From contig NC_045705.1 in the NCBI RefSeq assembly GCF_009834535.1, forward strand, positions 64,666,001 through 64,730,000: a stretch of DNA of 64,000 bases. Reading direction: 5' to 3'. The notes under the pieces were generated by a model that had not been told where the DNA came from, searched no databases, and saw only the letters and a list, made by a program, of their open reading frames with translations. The stretch comes from Camelus ferus. Lineage: Eukaryota. Below are positions 12,051 to 24,770 of this stretch, piece after piece (within the stretch, counting starts at the first letter, position 1; every line of letters starts with the position of its first letter). A program made the translations under genes and the position numbers.

Positions 12051-12654
12051 GAGGAACCAGCAGTTACTGTACTTTAGCTAGTAGGTCAGGCTCCTGCCAG
12101 ACTTGGGGCTGGGATACTGGCCCTGCTTGGGACTCCAAGGAGCTCAGGGCCCCAGGGAGGGCTATGCACACCAGCCTCCTGCCCTCAGGAGCGCCCACCC
12201 TTCCTGGCCAGGAAGCTCACCACGCATTTGCTGAACACCCTTCCTGGCCCCCTCATGGGGCAGAGGTTGGCCCCTGAGGTCTGCAGCCCAGGTGGGTAGC
12301 AGGTGGGTAGATGGGGGAGGGGAGGGGACTGCAGACCACTCAGCTGTGATGAGGGGCAGGTTGGAGTGTGGGTAACTCTGGGGCGATTGGGGAGAACTGG
12401 GCCCCTGAGGGCTCCGGAAGCAATAAGGGTTGGGAGGTGAGAGGTGTTAGGGGCCAAGTTGTGAACAGGGAGAGTTTGTGTTCCAAAGTCACCTTCTGCC
12501 CAGGATGAGTCCCCCTGGTATGGTAAGGCAGGACCCCCTTGGGTATTTACCAGGTGCCTCCTGTGTGCCAAGCCTTGGGGTGGAAGCCTGGCACAGGGGC
12601 CAGTGTGACTAGATCCGTCCTGTGAGGGCAGCAGAGAGGCCATATGGCTGCCTT

Positions 12655-12820
12655 TATCGAGTGTTTACTGTTTACACCACATGCCACGGAGCATCATGCT
12701 AGGGACTCTGCAGGATCCCTCTGAGGCTTCATAGCAGCCCATTTTACAGAAGAGAAAACTGAGGCACAGACAGACAAAGTGACTGGACTGAAGTTGCACA
12801 GCCAGAACAGGGCATCTGAC
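12655..12820 (-). mobile_element. MIR SINE
   Basis: cccattttacagaagagaaaactgaggcacaga core. Confidence 0.7.
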
Positions 12821-13299
12821 CTCCTCCCCCACATAAGGAGATGGTGGTCATTGTCCTAGAGATAGTGGCCGACAGACTGCACTTGCTACACGCTCGGCGG
12901 TATTAGCTGGTTTAATCCCCCCAATAAACCTTGGATGCAGGCTCTCTTATTATCCTGATTTTACCCCCAGGAATTGGAGACACAGCTGAAGTGACTCGCC
13001 CAAGGTCACACCAAGGAGGGGGCAGCAATGGAGCTACCCTTGGTCCCAGTCTTGCCTGGGTCCTTACAAATGCCCTCGCAGACTGGAAACCGAGGTGCAG
13101 GGGTCTCCAGGGCCCAAGCTTCATCTCTGTCGTGCTTCCGCCTCCACTTTACCCCTCCCTGGGCGCCCTCCACTCAGCCTGCCCTCCCTGACGCCCTACT
13201 GTGTGCTTTCCTTGGTGAATGAAATGTGGCGTCATTTAACCCGAGTGGGGTGAGGAGTCAGGGGAGGGCTCCCAGCGGAGGTGCCTTGGAAGGAGAGCT

Positions 13300-13745
13300 G
13301 GGCTGGCGGGGTCAGCCTCCCGCCCGCTGGGCCGGGGGTGGGCAGGCCGGGTGGCGGCACGTGCCGCCGCCGCCGCCTCCCGCTTCTCTGCTGCCAGCCG
13401 TGGCCATGACGTCAGCGGGCGGCCCAGCCGGGCCGCACTGCCCGCGGGCCCGGGAGGAGCTGGCGGGGCGGGGGGCGCGGGGGCGCGGGGCCGCGGGCGG
13501 CCTGCGGTCGCGGAGCAATCTCCATTAGGGCCCAGAGCGAGTGGCTGCAGCTCCTGGAATCCTATTAAAAGCTTTTTCATTGTTCCCTGCGATATGCTCC
13601 GCTCCGCCGGGACCTCGGCATGTTGATAATTTATTTGTGGAGGGAAAGGGGCGAAGAGCGCAGGAAAGAGGAGGAAATGTCATTCTTTACTCAGCTTTTT
13701 GCAGCGCGGCCCTTCCGTGGGGCAGCTCGAGTAGGGGCGCCCCAG
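13300..13745. promoter_or_regulatory. Second CpG island (internal promoter or enhancer)
   Basis: CpG-dense tract with E-box CACGTG at 13358-13363, full CRE TGACGTCA at 13407-13414 and GC boxes, followed by an AT-rich motif block (13555-13640). Confidence 0.75.
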
Positions 13746-14574
13746 CCTCCCCTGATTCAGGAGGTTGGGGTGGGGAGGAGCAAGGTCCGAGAGGGTGCGG
13801 CTGGGGTGGCCTGGGCCCGGGGAGGAGGGAGGCCTTGGGGAGATGAAGGCCGAGTCCTCTGGGGGGTCTGGGGGCGGTAGGGGGGCTCCTGGTGGCTTGT
13901 TCAGCACCAGACTGATGTGGGCTAGGGGTGCGGCTGAGGCCTGTTGCTGCCCTGACTCTGGCAAGGGTGGAAGTGATGGCAATCTTGCCGGGTCTTGAGG
14001 GTGCACAGTCAAGAGATGGCTCCTGGGGTCTTCAGGGTGGGGAGGGGGAGCTGGTTATTGGGAGGGAGTAACTGGGGGTCCCCACAACCCTGCAGTCACC
14101 ACTGTGTGGTCACACGAGTCCTTGCACCCCCAGATGCCATAAAACAGGAAGAGGCCTCGGCCTCTCTGGCGACAGGAAGGAATTCAGAATTCATGCATCT
14201 TTACTCGCTTTACAGACATGGAATCGGAGGCCCAGAGAGGTGAGGTCATTTGTACAAAGTCCAGGCAAAGCTGGATTTGAACCCAGGCTGGCTCTGGGTT
14301 CTCAAAGTATCCCCTATGCTGGGTGCTAGGCTGCCCACAGGGACACGTCAGAGTAGCCCTGGGCAGTGCTGGCTTTGGGACTAGGACCCCACAGAGGGTC
14401 AGGCTCTGGATGGCTCTGCTTGGCCTGAAGTCTCCTTTACACCCACTCCTGACCGACCCACTCTTTAAACTGCGGTGGTGGAAAAGAGGATGCCACATGG
14501 AAATTTCTCCATCCCTTTCCCTCTAGCACAGATAATGCCAGACGTTTAAAGAATTAATCCTAATTCAAGTCACT

Positions 14575-14990
14575 CACTGGCTTTGAGATCATCAGTGGCT
14601 CCCTATTTCTGGAAACACTGACCAAAGCCCTTGGCCTGGCATTTCAGACTTGCCCAGCCCAGCCCTGGCTGATCCACCAGCCTCTCCTCCAGGACGTCCC
14701 CCACTAGGCCTGTGGATACCATGGCTCACACTTCTGCTGTTCCTTGTATACAGACCACCGTCAATCCCCACATTGAGTGAATGCCTCCTCCTGCATGAAG
14801 CCCTCCCTGACTGACTGTAGGACCAGCCCTTCTTGCCTCCTGGCCCCCCAGCACTTGGCAGGCCTCCCTGTGACAGTGTAGGTCACATACATCTGCCCCA
14901 CCTCCACCCACCTTTATTCCTCCTTCTTCCCCTCCCCAAGCCCTGAGAGGTGCTGCTTAACCCTGGAGTCGAATTGTTCATTCATCTAGC
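14575..14990 (+). mobile_element. L2 LINE fragment
   Basis: cagtggctccc...caaagcccttggcctggcatttcag...tgcctcctcctgcatgaagccctccctgact, an L2 3' region pattern. Confidence 0.6.
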
Positions 14991-16012
14991 CAAGGTTTCC
15001 TGAGTCTGAGGTGTGTTGATAAATGGCTTTCTCTTTCCAGCAGCCCTGGGAGTGGGTGGCGTTAGCCTATTTTATAAAGGAGAAACCAGAGACTCAGGGA
15101 GGTTCAGTCACCAGGCCAAGGTCACCCACGCTGAGCTGGGGATGAAGCCAGGTCCCAGAAAGGAGAAGTGATGGTGTCGTGATCAGGATGGCAATCCCTG
15201 AGTCCTCATACCTGCCTCGCACTGAGTAGAACATTAAATGCAGGTCTCAGTTGATTCTCACAGATGCTCTGGGGGTTGGGGTAGGGGACATACTTGGAGG
15301 CTCCATTTTACAGATGAGAAAACTGAGGCTAAGAGAGGAAGGGAAGTAGAGAGGCAGAGCCCTGACCCTGCTGTGACTTCCTGAGAGCCCTGGGTTGGGG
15401 GGATAGGGGCTTTTCCATGTTCTTTGTGCCAGTCCTGGAACTATCACTTCAGAGCAGGGACATGGGCAAGCCCTCCCCGCTCCCCCTGAGGCTCAGCCTG
15501 GCTCTCAGGCCTGTGACCTGTCCTGGCCAGGCATCCTCCGAGAGAGAGGAGGCTGGGGAGGTGGTGTGCCCAGCAGCAGGGTGGGCATGGGCCCTGCCCC
15601 CACGGCAGCTGCTTGCCTGGCCTGGTGGCCTCACAGACAGACAGGGCTTGTGAGCGCCGGGGGCCTTCAAGGCGAGCTCAGCTCCCGCCGGCAGCTGCTC
15701 AAAGACTTCATTGTGGCAGGAGGGCCCTCCTCAGGCAGCTGCCCCCGCCACAGGCACAGACAGAGCCCAGCCTTTGTGCCGGAACACTGCCCCTGCCCCG
15801 ACCTGAGGTCAGTGGGACAGAGACTCTTGTCTGCAGGAGGCTGGGGGCCTCCCCTGGTGGGGGGCTACCCTGAACCCTCTGATGGCCTAGGATGGGTGTG
15901 GTCTATGTTGCCGAGACCCAGGAACCCCTCCCAGTGCACAGATCCAGCCTTAGAGGGCGCTGGCCCCTGGTCTGACTCAGGTTTGGGGAGGAGGTGTTGA
16001 AGCTGGAGGGTC

Positions 16013-16032
16013 AATAATAATAATAATAATAA
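16013..16032. repeat. (AAT)n microsatellite
   Basis: aataataataataataataa. Confidence 0.9.
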
Positions 16033-16044
16033 AGAACAATAACA

Positions 16045-16220
16045 GTAATAATGACAACAGCTACTGCCGTCCGTGGAGCTCTGCTCTGTGTCCGCTGACA
16101 GGCATGTATGTGTATTATCTCATTGATTCCTCAAAGCAGCCCTCCAGGTTGTGGACAATTATTTGCCCCATTTTAGAGATGAGGAAACTGAGGCTCTGCG
16201 AGGTTAAGACATTCACCACC
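16045..16220 (-). mobile_element. MIR SINE
   Basis: tattatctcattgattcctc...ccccattttagagatgaggaaactgaggctc. Confidence 0.75.
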
Positions 16221-19200
16221 GTTCACATAGAAGGGGAACACTGGGTTCCTCACCACCCAGAGCCCATTCTTAAGTGCCATCCCTGCTGAGCACCCCAGTG
16301 GCCACCACGGTACGCAGAGGCAGAGCCACCTGCCCTGCCCCTTGGAGTTCCGAACCATCAGACTTGATCTGCACTGTGGTCCTGTGTGAGGGAGGCCCTG
16401 TCACCCTATTTTAGAGCCCAGGAAACTGATGCTCTGAGAAATGTCTGGGTGCCTGCCAGACATCTGGGTGGCTGGTGTGGGACAGACGGCATCTACCTGT
16501 GACATCCCCACCTGGGTCCTTCCTCAGCCTTGCCCTTTGGGTCAGGTGGGACGGTTGCCTAGACTTTGTGGTGGGGGCGCCAAGGTCCCAGGGTGGGGGG
16601 TGGTGGAGTAGGTGATGGGTCCCAGCAAGAGACTGAATGATTTCAAGGCTGAGCCTCCCCCACTGAGAGTCACTCCTGGGAGGACCCTTGGAGACCATGT
16701 GTTACATCCCATACTGTGTAGTCAGGGAAGCTGAGGCACAGAGAGGGGAAAGGGGCCTGACTTAGGCCCCACAGCCTTGGGGACTGAACATGGGCCCAGC
16801 GGCCCCCAAAGGCTGTGCTGTTCACAAGGACACCACCACTGACCCTTCGCGAGCGTGGGGGAAATAGCAAGCTCTGAGCACTTTGTGTGTCCCAGACCCA
16901 GTTCTAAGCATTGACCCTCGTAACTAATTAATGTGCACAAGGACCTTATAAGGGATGTATTGTTATTATCTCTATAATTCAAACCAAGACATCTGCCCCC
17001 AGGCCACACCCCCGAGGTCTCCTAGCTTAGCTGGTTAGACAGCTCTCCTCTCCTCTCAGGATTCTGACCTCTGGCACAGATACCCTGATGCCTCAAGGTC
17101 AGAGGTGCCTGCTGAGGGAGAGACAGGGGCTTTGGGTGGGACCAGACAGATGCCTCAGTGACCTTCTGCAGGGCAGTGTCCTGCTGCTAAACTGGCCTTC
17201 TCATCCTGAGCTAGGTTGGTTTCTCCATCTGTGAAATGGGTGCCCATCCTGTGTGGCCCCTTCCTAGGCAACCCATGGGTGAAATCCTGTCTCTAGACAC
17301 CCTCATTGATGGGGCTGGGCTGGGCTTCCTCTCACCTCCCCCAGCTCTGCACTTGAAAGGTTCTGTCCCAGACCCCACAGCCAAGCCTTCCTCAGAGACT
17401 GGTGGCCTGGGGATCACTCACAGCCAGCCAGGCCTGGATGCCAGATTAGAAATAATTAGTGCTATTAATATTCATAACAAGCAGCCGAGTGAAATGATGA
17501 GGGCGATAGTCTGCTCACCCCTTGGGCTCTCTCCCAAGGATGGGAATCAGGCCCTCGGGCACTTATGCCCCAGCACCTCCTGGCCAGGTGAAGTTGACCC
17601 CTGCAGGGGAGCCAGGTGTCAGGCTGGCTTCATGTCCCCTTCTCAACCCTGCCAGCTCCCCGCGAACCCTCACACCTGCTTCCGGGGTGGGTGGGGCTGA
17701 CTGCTCCGTTTCCCCCACAATGGACCCGAGTCCCAGAGAGAAGCGGTCCTGGAAGACTCGCAGCTACAAAGTCCAGGGCTCGGTCCCAGGGTGACTGAGT
17801 CCAGCGCTCTCCCTACCGGCCCTTCCAGAAATGTGTAGGCTGCCCGAGGACAGCTGGACGAGGGCAGCAACGTGGCCTGCCGGCTGCCCCAGGGGCTCCT
17901 GCTGTCCTGTGGGGAGAGCTGTATGCAGCCTTCGGGAGGACACAGCGGTCCCAGCCCTGCTCCTCCTTGACTGTGTGGCTGTGGATGCTTCTGGGCCTGC
18001 ACCCTCTCTGTGCTTCAGTTCCCAAGGGTTAGCCGGGGAGGACAGACCCCTTCCCAGGGCTGTGTGCACAGCCAGCGGACTGAGCACAATCCTTTTCAGC
18101 TGAACCGTGCTGGGTTCCAGGTGGTTCAGCCCTGCCCTGCACCTGAGGATCCTAACTGGGAAACTCAGACTCGCATAGTCCTGGGCAAACCACACATACC
18201 TGCTGGGATGGGAGTGAGGGCTGGGCTGTGCCTCAGTGTGCAGAAGGGTCACTGGCCCCGGGCAGGGTCCCAAGCAGGATTCTGACTCCTGGGGAGAAGC
18301 AGGGAGCCCTGAGAGCGGAGGCTGACTCTCCTTTGCCCCGATGTCTGAGCTGGGCCTCCGACACTCAGTCTCACCCCTATCCTGCCTCTAAGGCCTTCCT
18401 GTTGTAGGTGGCCTTGATTGTCCCCTCAGCCCTCATGTCTAAATCCTCCTCATTCAGCCTTGCCAGGCAAGTTGATGTTGCACACTATGCACTCCAGGGC
18501 AGTGTCAATCTGGGGGGCTGACTCCATGGAAGCCACCTCTGGGTGCAGCTCCCAGAGCCCTAGCCATGAGTCTCTATAGCCACTCAGCGACCACCTCTCT
18601 AGGCCTCAGCTTGCTCATCTGTAACATGGGGCCAGGGATGCCAAGTCGGGATGACGTGGGCAGAAGCTCACCTCTCATAGATGCCTGGTCAGGGGAGGGA
18701 AGGGACTGGTCCCTCTGGGTGAAGCAGCTCTGGGAAGGCACCAGTGCTGACAAGTGGGTGGCGGGGTGGGTGTGTGGGTCTTCAAGCTGGGGAAGAGCCG
18801 GGGAGGGGGTGGGGGACTCTGGCAGCTTGGCCCGACACTGCTGGTAGTGACAGCGAGTGGCAGCCCCTCCCTCCCCAGGGCCTGGTGCTGACTGAGTCTC
18901 ATCATTGCAGGGTGAGGGCACCCTCGCTGGAACCTTGCATCTGGCTCCTGGGCTGGCGGCAGAGCTGTTGGCTAAGCAGGCTAACAGCTGTTTGCACAGA
19001 GACTAAATCTGTCTGGGTCTGACAGACTGGCCTCAAGCCGCCACCGCTGCAGTTCAGTGCAGGAGAGGGCCGCGAGCTGATGGCCGTGTGTACACGGGGC
19101 CTGGGCCTAGATGGCTCTCCTCTCTGAGCCTGGGTTTCTGAGCATGTGAGGGCAGCGTGCCAAGGCTGGTGACTTCCTCCCAGCACAGAGAGCTGGCCAG

Positions 19201-20136
19201 ACCTTCCTTAGGCCTCATCTGTGAGATGGGCAGGGCTGGGACTTGGACCCTTAGGGGTTCCCTCCCACCTTCATGAACCTTCTACATCCTAAACTGATGG
19301 CCAGAGTGCCTGGGGCCTCTGGTCTCACTCTCTGCCCATCCCCTAGGGACTCTGGGGCCTAACTAGGCTCCTTTAGATCTTGGGGGCCACCCCCACCCAG
19401 TTCCCAGGTCCTGTCTTTCCTCTCTGGGGGTGCTTCGAGAAGGGCAGTGAGTGAATATTCCAAGGCCACTTGGTCCCCATGCAGTGTTATGTCTTTATGC
19501 CATTTCTGCTCGGGAGAGAGGTACGGGCTGCTCATGAACTTGGCTGGCATCTTGGGTGGCGTTTGGGGGAGGAAGTGGGCAGGGTCTTCCCACCAGCACA
19601 AATTCCTTCATTGGAAGATGCTCCCACCCTCCTCCTTCCAGTGAGAAAGATTGCCCTCAGGGCCTGGGGATGGCTCCAGACAGGCCATCACAGAGCCTCA
19701 GTTCTGAACCTGCATGCTGAGTTCCAAATTTTGAAGGGTGGCAGGAGGCATAAATGAATGTTGTCTGTTAAAAAAATCTTTTTCAGCTGTGCGGCCTTAT
19801 AAAGATTTGAAGAGTTGTGAAAATTATTTTCCTCTGACTGTGGGAAAGGTTTGAAATGTTGAAACAGGGACTTAGCCTCTTTAGAGGCTGGCAGGACGGT
19901 TGGGCTCAGAGTGGCACATGAGCCTTCACTCCTACCAACTGCCCTGAGCAGACATGGCTAATCAATCCCAGCACATTCTCCTGCTGAGCTGCGGAGGGCC
20001 TGCCTGGGAAAGGAAGTTGCCAAGCATCCCTGGCAGGTGTTTTGCAGATGAAGAATGGGGACTCAGAGAGGCAAAGTAGCTTGCCACAACCACCCAGTCT
20101 CTAGACGTGGAGATGAGATTTAAACCCGGTTCTCCT

Positions 20137-20274
20137 CCCTCCATTAAAAAATAAATAAATAAATAAACCTAATTTAGTGGGGAGGGTATAGCTCAGTGGT
20201 AGAGTGTGTGCTTAGCATGCACAAGGTGCTGTGTTCAATTCCCAGTCCCTTCATTAAATCCATCAATCAGTAAA
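20137..20274 (+). mobile_element. tRNA-Ala-derived SINE, rearranged (tail segment precedes head), inserted in a MIR
   Basis: Tail-like cctccattaaaaaataaataaataaataaacctaatt comes first, then head ggggagggtatagctcagtggtagag...ttcattaaa. 17-bp TSD ttaaaccc(g/a)gttctcct at 20120-20136 and 20275-20291. Confidence 0.85.
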
Positions 20275-21855
20275 TTAAACCCAGTTCTCCTGACCCCAGA
20301 GCTTCATGATCATGGAAGCTGGTGGTCCAGGGGCTCCTTGCCCAGATGGAGTTCTGCCTTGGTGCCAACGGTGCCCCCACTAGAGTCCATCTAGCTTCCC
20401 ATGGGACAGGCACAGTTTGGCCAGGCTTGGCCTCCCTACCATGGCCATCTCTCCTTCCCGGCCTGCTAACCTTTGTCAGCTGCTGCCTGCCTGTGCTCAG
20501 TCTAATTACAGCCACTTACATTCTGGGCTCCTAACTGTAGCCAAGCGGTGCATATGAATGTGGGATTTCTAACTCCTGCCAGCACGCCAAGCCTGACTGA
20601 GGGGTGTGTGGGGTCAGGGAGCAGGTCAGCAGTCACCAGGCTGATGTAGGCTGGGAGCTGCCATAGGCCAATGGCTGGGCTGGGCCCTAGGGTGGGCATG
20701 CTGGGGGGCTGTGGGGGGAGGGGTACAGGGGGCTCCCCTCTTTGACTCCAGAGGGGGCTCCCCTCCTCAACTCCAGTGCTGCCTCTGCACAACCTCGCAC
20801 CTTGTTAGGAGATAGTGCTGCTGGCTTCCAGGTACCCTTTTAATTAAGCCAATTAATTAGTGCCTTTAATGAAGCAGATTAACCAGGCTGGGCTCTGCAT
20901 ATTGGGCTGTTGCAGCCCACAGTTTCCTGCAGGTTGGGACTTGGAGGTGGTTGCTAGGCCAGGCCTGCAGTCCTGAGGGGCTGAGGTGCTGGGTCAGGCT
21001 GGGGCAGAAATGTATGTGTCCCCCCATGGGAGTGTGGCCAGGAACCCAGGCCTGGTGGGAGGCAGGTAGGGCTGGCCTGAGGCCATAGGGACACTTCTGG
21101 ACCCAGATGCCTCAGCATAAATAGCCCAGAGCTGGAGCGGGATGGACGCAGGAATCCTGCCCTGGGGACCCAGAGGGGAATGCTTGCTCAGTGGGGTCCT
21201 CAGCAGGTGTGATTGCCTGGGAAAGGGGGCCTGGGGGAGCTGGAGTACCTGCCTGCCTTGGTCTCCCCTCTCTGGCTGCTCCCAGCCTGGCGGCACAGCC
21301 ACCAGCTCCAGAGCCCCTCACTCACCTGCAGATGGGAAAAGAGACTTGGAGCAGGGAAGGGGTCTGCTTAGGGCCACCCAGGAGCTAGTGACTGGGCTAG
21401 GATGTGAGGCCACGTCCCAGTTCCTTCTATACCATCCTACTTACCACCTCGATGGCCTGGGCTTGGCTTCCTTACCAAGTACACTTCCTGTGTACTAGGC
21501 ACTGTGTTGTGTGCTCCACCCAGGTGATGCCACTGCATCTCCCGGCCAGTTTAGGACGGGGGGCCTGGCCTGGTGTGGTAGAGGTGCCCCAGCCCTGTGA
21601 ATGGCCCAGGCTTCTCCCACCAGGCAAGAGAGAGGGACTGGGTGCTAACCAGAGCCAAAGGGCAAGTCCTAGCTCAGAAAGGAGCTTTGGGTAGAGGCCC
21701 CAACTCCCTGGAGACGTCTTTGTGAGGTGGGCACTCACTAGTGTGGGGAAAATGAGGCCTCAAATGTACTTCTGCCCTTAGTGCCTGTAGCCAAGGGTGC
21801 AGGATCCTGGGTGGGGCAGATTGCAGCCTGCTCCAGGAGAGACAGTTGGCTCAGC

Positions 21856-21915
21856 CACAACAGGAGAGATTTAAGTTAGACAGAGGAAGGACTGCCTGAC
21901 AGCAGGGATTATGAA
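21856..21915 (+). mobile_element. L3/CR1 fragment
   Basis: caggagagatttaagttagacagaggaaggactgcctgacag resembles CR1/L3 GGGAGATTTAGGTTAGATATTAGGAAGAACTTCCTGACAG. Confidence 0.5.
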
Positions 21916-23451
21916 CAAGTTTGTGAAGAAGACAGCAGCTGCTTCCCCAGGAGACCGCGCTCGGCAGCGGGCTTGATCTGAACGCTTCGGAAAACACGCT
22001 GCCCTACAAATGCAGGGCGGCGTTTCCAGCAGATATCAACAAAGTGGGTACTGGGCTCCTGGTAGGATGCCCTCGGGCCCTCACCCCTTTCATCCTGTCT
22101 CAGCCCAGAGTTGCCTGATGGAGTGCAGGCCGGCAGCCAGCCAGTGGGCCCCAGAGGGTCTACGAGCCAGGGCAAGCTGTGGAACCTTCCTGGCCTCAGC
22201 TTCTTCATATTTCAAATGGGTGAGTGCCTCCTGGGGAGAAAGATGACCTCGTCTCTCACTTCTCAGAGAAGATAGGAATTACCCTCTTTTTGCTACCCAG
22301 CCCATAAACTTTCTTCCTCCCGGCTGCCACCCCAACCTGGCCAGCCCTTTCCTGCCTTGAGGGGGTCCTCCCTCTGACACGCAACCTCTCTCTTCTTGAG
22401 TGGCCACCCCTCCTCAGGTAGCATTTTCTAGGCAGGTTTTAAGGACTTTGAGTGTCTCCTGTTAAAAACACCATCCCCAAACTCTCCTTTCTCCTCCAGC
22501 TACTGCCCTTTCTCGCTTCCCCCTTCACAGCTGAATTTCTTGAAATAGTTGATGAATCTCCCACCTGCCATGGGAACTGCCATGTCCCAATGCACTGAAG
22601 TCCACTTCCTACCTGCCTTTTCTTTTCTTTGCTGACATTGCCTCCTCCAGGAAGCCTTCCCTGCTTTCCCCAGCCTCGTCCAGAAGTTGACCCTCTTTCG
22701 TAGCCAACCAGTGACCCGAGAACAGCCCTAGGCCTTAGTTGTCCCCAAAGCTGCCATGCCCTGCACAGGGCCTGGCATGAAGCCCAGCCTGATGAAGCGC
22801 TCCTCTGGGGCCAGAGCATGGGTGAGGGGCAGCCAGTAGCTCTGTCTCCAGTCTACCTTGAGGGGACCACTGTGGGGTGGGCGGGAGACAGGAATGGGAA
22901 CAAACCCATCATCACACTCAAAAGACACCTCTTTAAATACCAGCTGGAAGCAGCCCAGTTTCTGGGTGGGTGGAGCTGCCCTTCATTAGCAGGAACCGCA
23001 GGGGACAGGCTTCACACAGGCCGTGGGTGGGTGAGGGGAGGGAAAGCCAGAGCTGGGGGTAGGAACAGGCAGCTCAGCGTCTGCCTAATCCCGTCCCACG
23101 TGCCCCCCCCCGCCATACGGTCAAGGAGGAGCTGGAGAGCATCTTACCTGTGTCCTTTCCCAGCACTGCGCACAGCGTGACATTTTCTATCTAGAGCGTG
23201 GCTCCTATCCGTTGTCTGTGGCCACCAGGCAGAGAGCGCCACAAGGGCAGGAGCCTCAGCTCTCGTCTGTTCCCCAGGGCCTGGCACGTTAGACAAGCAG
23301 TAAATATCCCCGGGTGGATGGAGGGTGGGACGTGGGTGGAGTGCCAGTGGATTCCCTGCTCCCCTGCACTGCCTCGGTTCCCCCTCCACACAGAGGGCAC
23401 TGGTCTAGGTACAGTTCTTAGCACCAGGCCTGGTTTGTGACTGCTGGGTGT

Positions 23452-23497
23452 GCTCTTGTCCCTTAGGGCTGCTGGCTCTTGTCCCTTAGGGCTGCTG
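23452..23497. repeat. Perfect 23-bp tandem duplication
   Basis: gctcttgtcccttagggctgctg x2. Confidence 0.95.
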
Positions 23498-24454
23498 GAG
23501 CAGGCAGGGCACAGGAGAGTGGGGACAGAGGTCACACTGGCTCTGGCTGATGGCCACATGGGCCAAGCACTTGGGGAGCTCTGTGAGCAATGGGCCCCCA
23601 AGAGGTGTTGTCGGTCCTCGGGGTCTCAGGCCTCCCATCCACAAAATGGGAGCACAGGTTGTCCTTGCTGTGGGGGGAGGATGTATTAGAGGAGGAAGGG
23701 TCTACTCTGAGCCCCCAGTATGGAGACAAGGCAGTTGGGACCACAGCCCACTTTGCTCTCAGTCTCAGATACCATCACCTGTTTGGCTTCAAAGGAGAAG
23801 CTGTGGCAAGCAAGCAAGCCATGGAGAGGCTGAGGGAGCTGGACCTCAGCCCTGGTCTGCGGGGTCCCCAGGGAAACCCACTCTTCTTCCCCAGCCCTCC
23901 CCCAATTGCTTCCTACTCTCTCCCCAGGCTTGGCTGAACAGAAGGAACAGATTCTCCCTCCTAGTGGAAATTCACACCCACAGCCCCACCAAGCTGTCTG
24001 CAGGGAGGAGGGTGGTGAGGAGCGGGGAGCAGATGTAGGAACAGGAGGCTCTATGAGAGAGTGGACAGACGGACAGGGGGACAGAGCCCAGGTCCCCATC
24101 TGTAAGTGACAGCCAGGGGCCAGGCGTGCCACCAGCCCCACCACCACCCCCAGCCCAGCCCCCATGGCCCAGAGGTATGGGGCTGGGGTGGTGAGTTCTG
24201 AGTCTGGTGGCAGCAGGCAGGGTCGGTTGTGATGAAGATGCAGGGCCAACAGGTTGTGGGACAGCGGGACTCCCCGGGGGCTCACTGGGGACAGCTGAGA
24301 ACATGGTAGGGGTGCTAGGCCAATCCTGGGTTCTCCATGATGTGAGGTGGGGGTGGTATGAACCTCGGGCTGAAGTCAGGGGTCTGAGGCACCTGGTGAA
24401 GGCCTATCCCATCCACCCTGGGAAGACCCCTAGTCTGTCTTAAAAATTACATCT

Positions 24455-24770
24455 ATGCTCCCTAAACTCAAGGCTCCAGGCTTAGTACTGGTCTACACTC
24501 CAGACTCACTGCCACAAGGACAGCCCCCTTCTTTCCACCCTGCATCCCTGCCCAGCCCAAGGCCTGCCCTGTCCTTCCTTTTTGCCTCTGCTCCCATGTC
24601 AATTCCCCCAGGAAACCTCCCTTGGCCACTCTGGCCCCTAGGCTGCTCCCTACGGGCCAGTTTGCACTATACCAGTTATCACTAAACGGCGCTCTCAATA
24701 CGTGCATCTGGTTCCTTGCACCTCGTGGCCCTGGGTGGCCCTGTGCCACTCTGGGCCTCAGCTAGCTGCT
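24455..24770 (+). mobile_element. L2 LINE fragment
   Basis: tctacactccagac...aattccccaggaaacctcccttggccac...gggcctcagctagctgctgg, a diverged L2 pattern. Confidence 0.5.
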
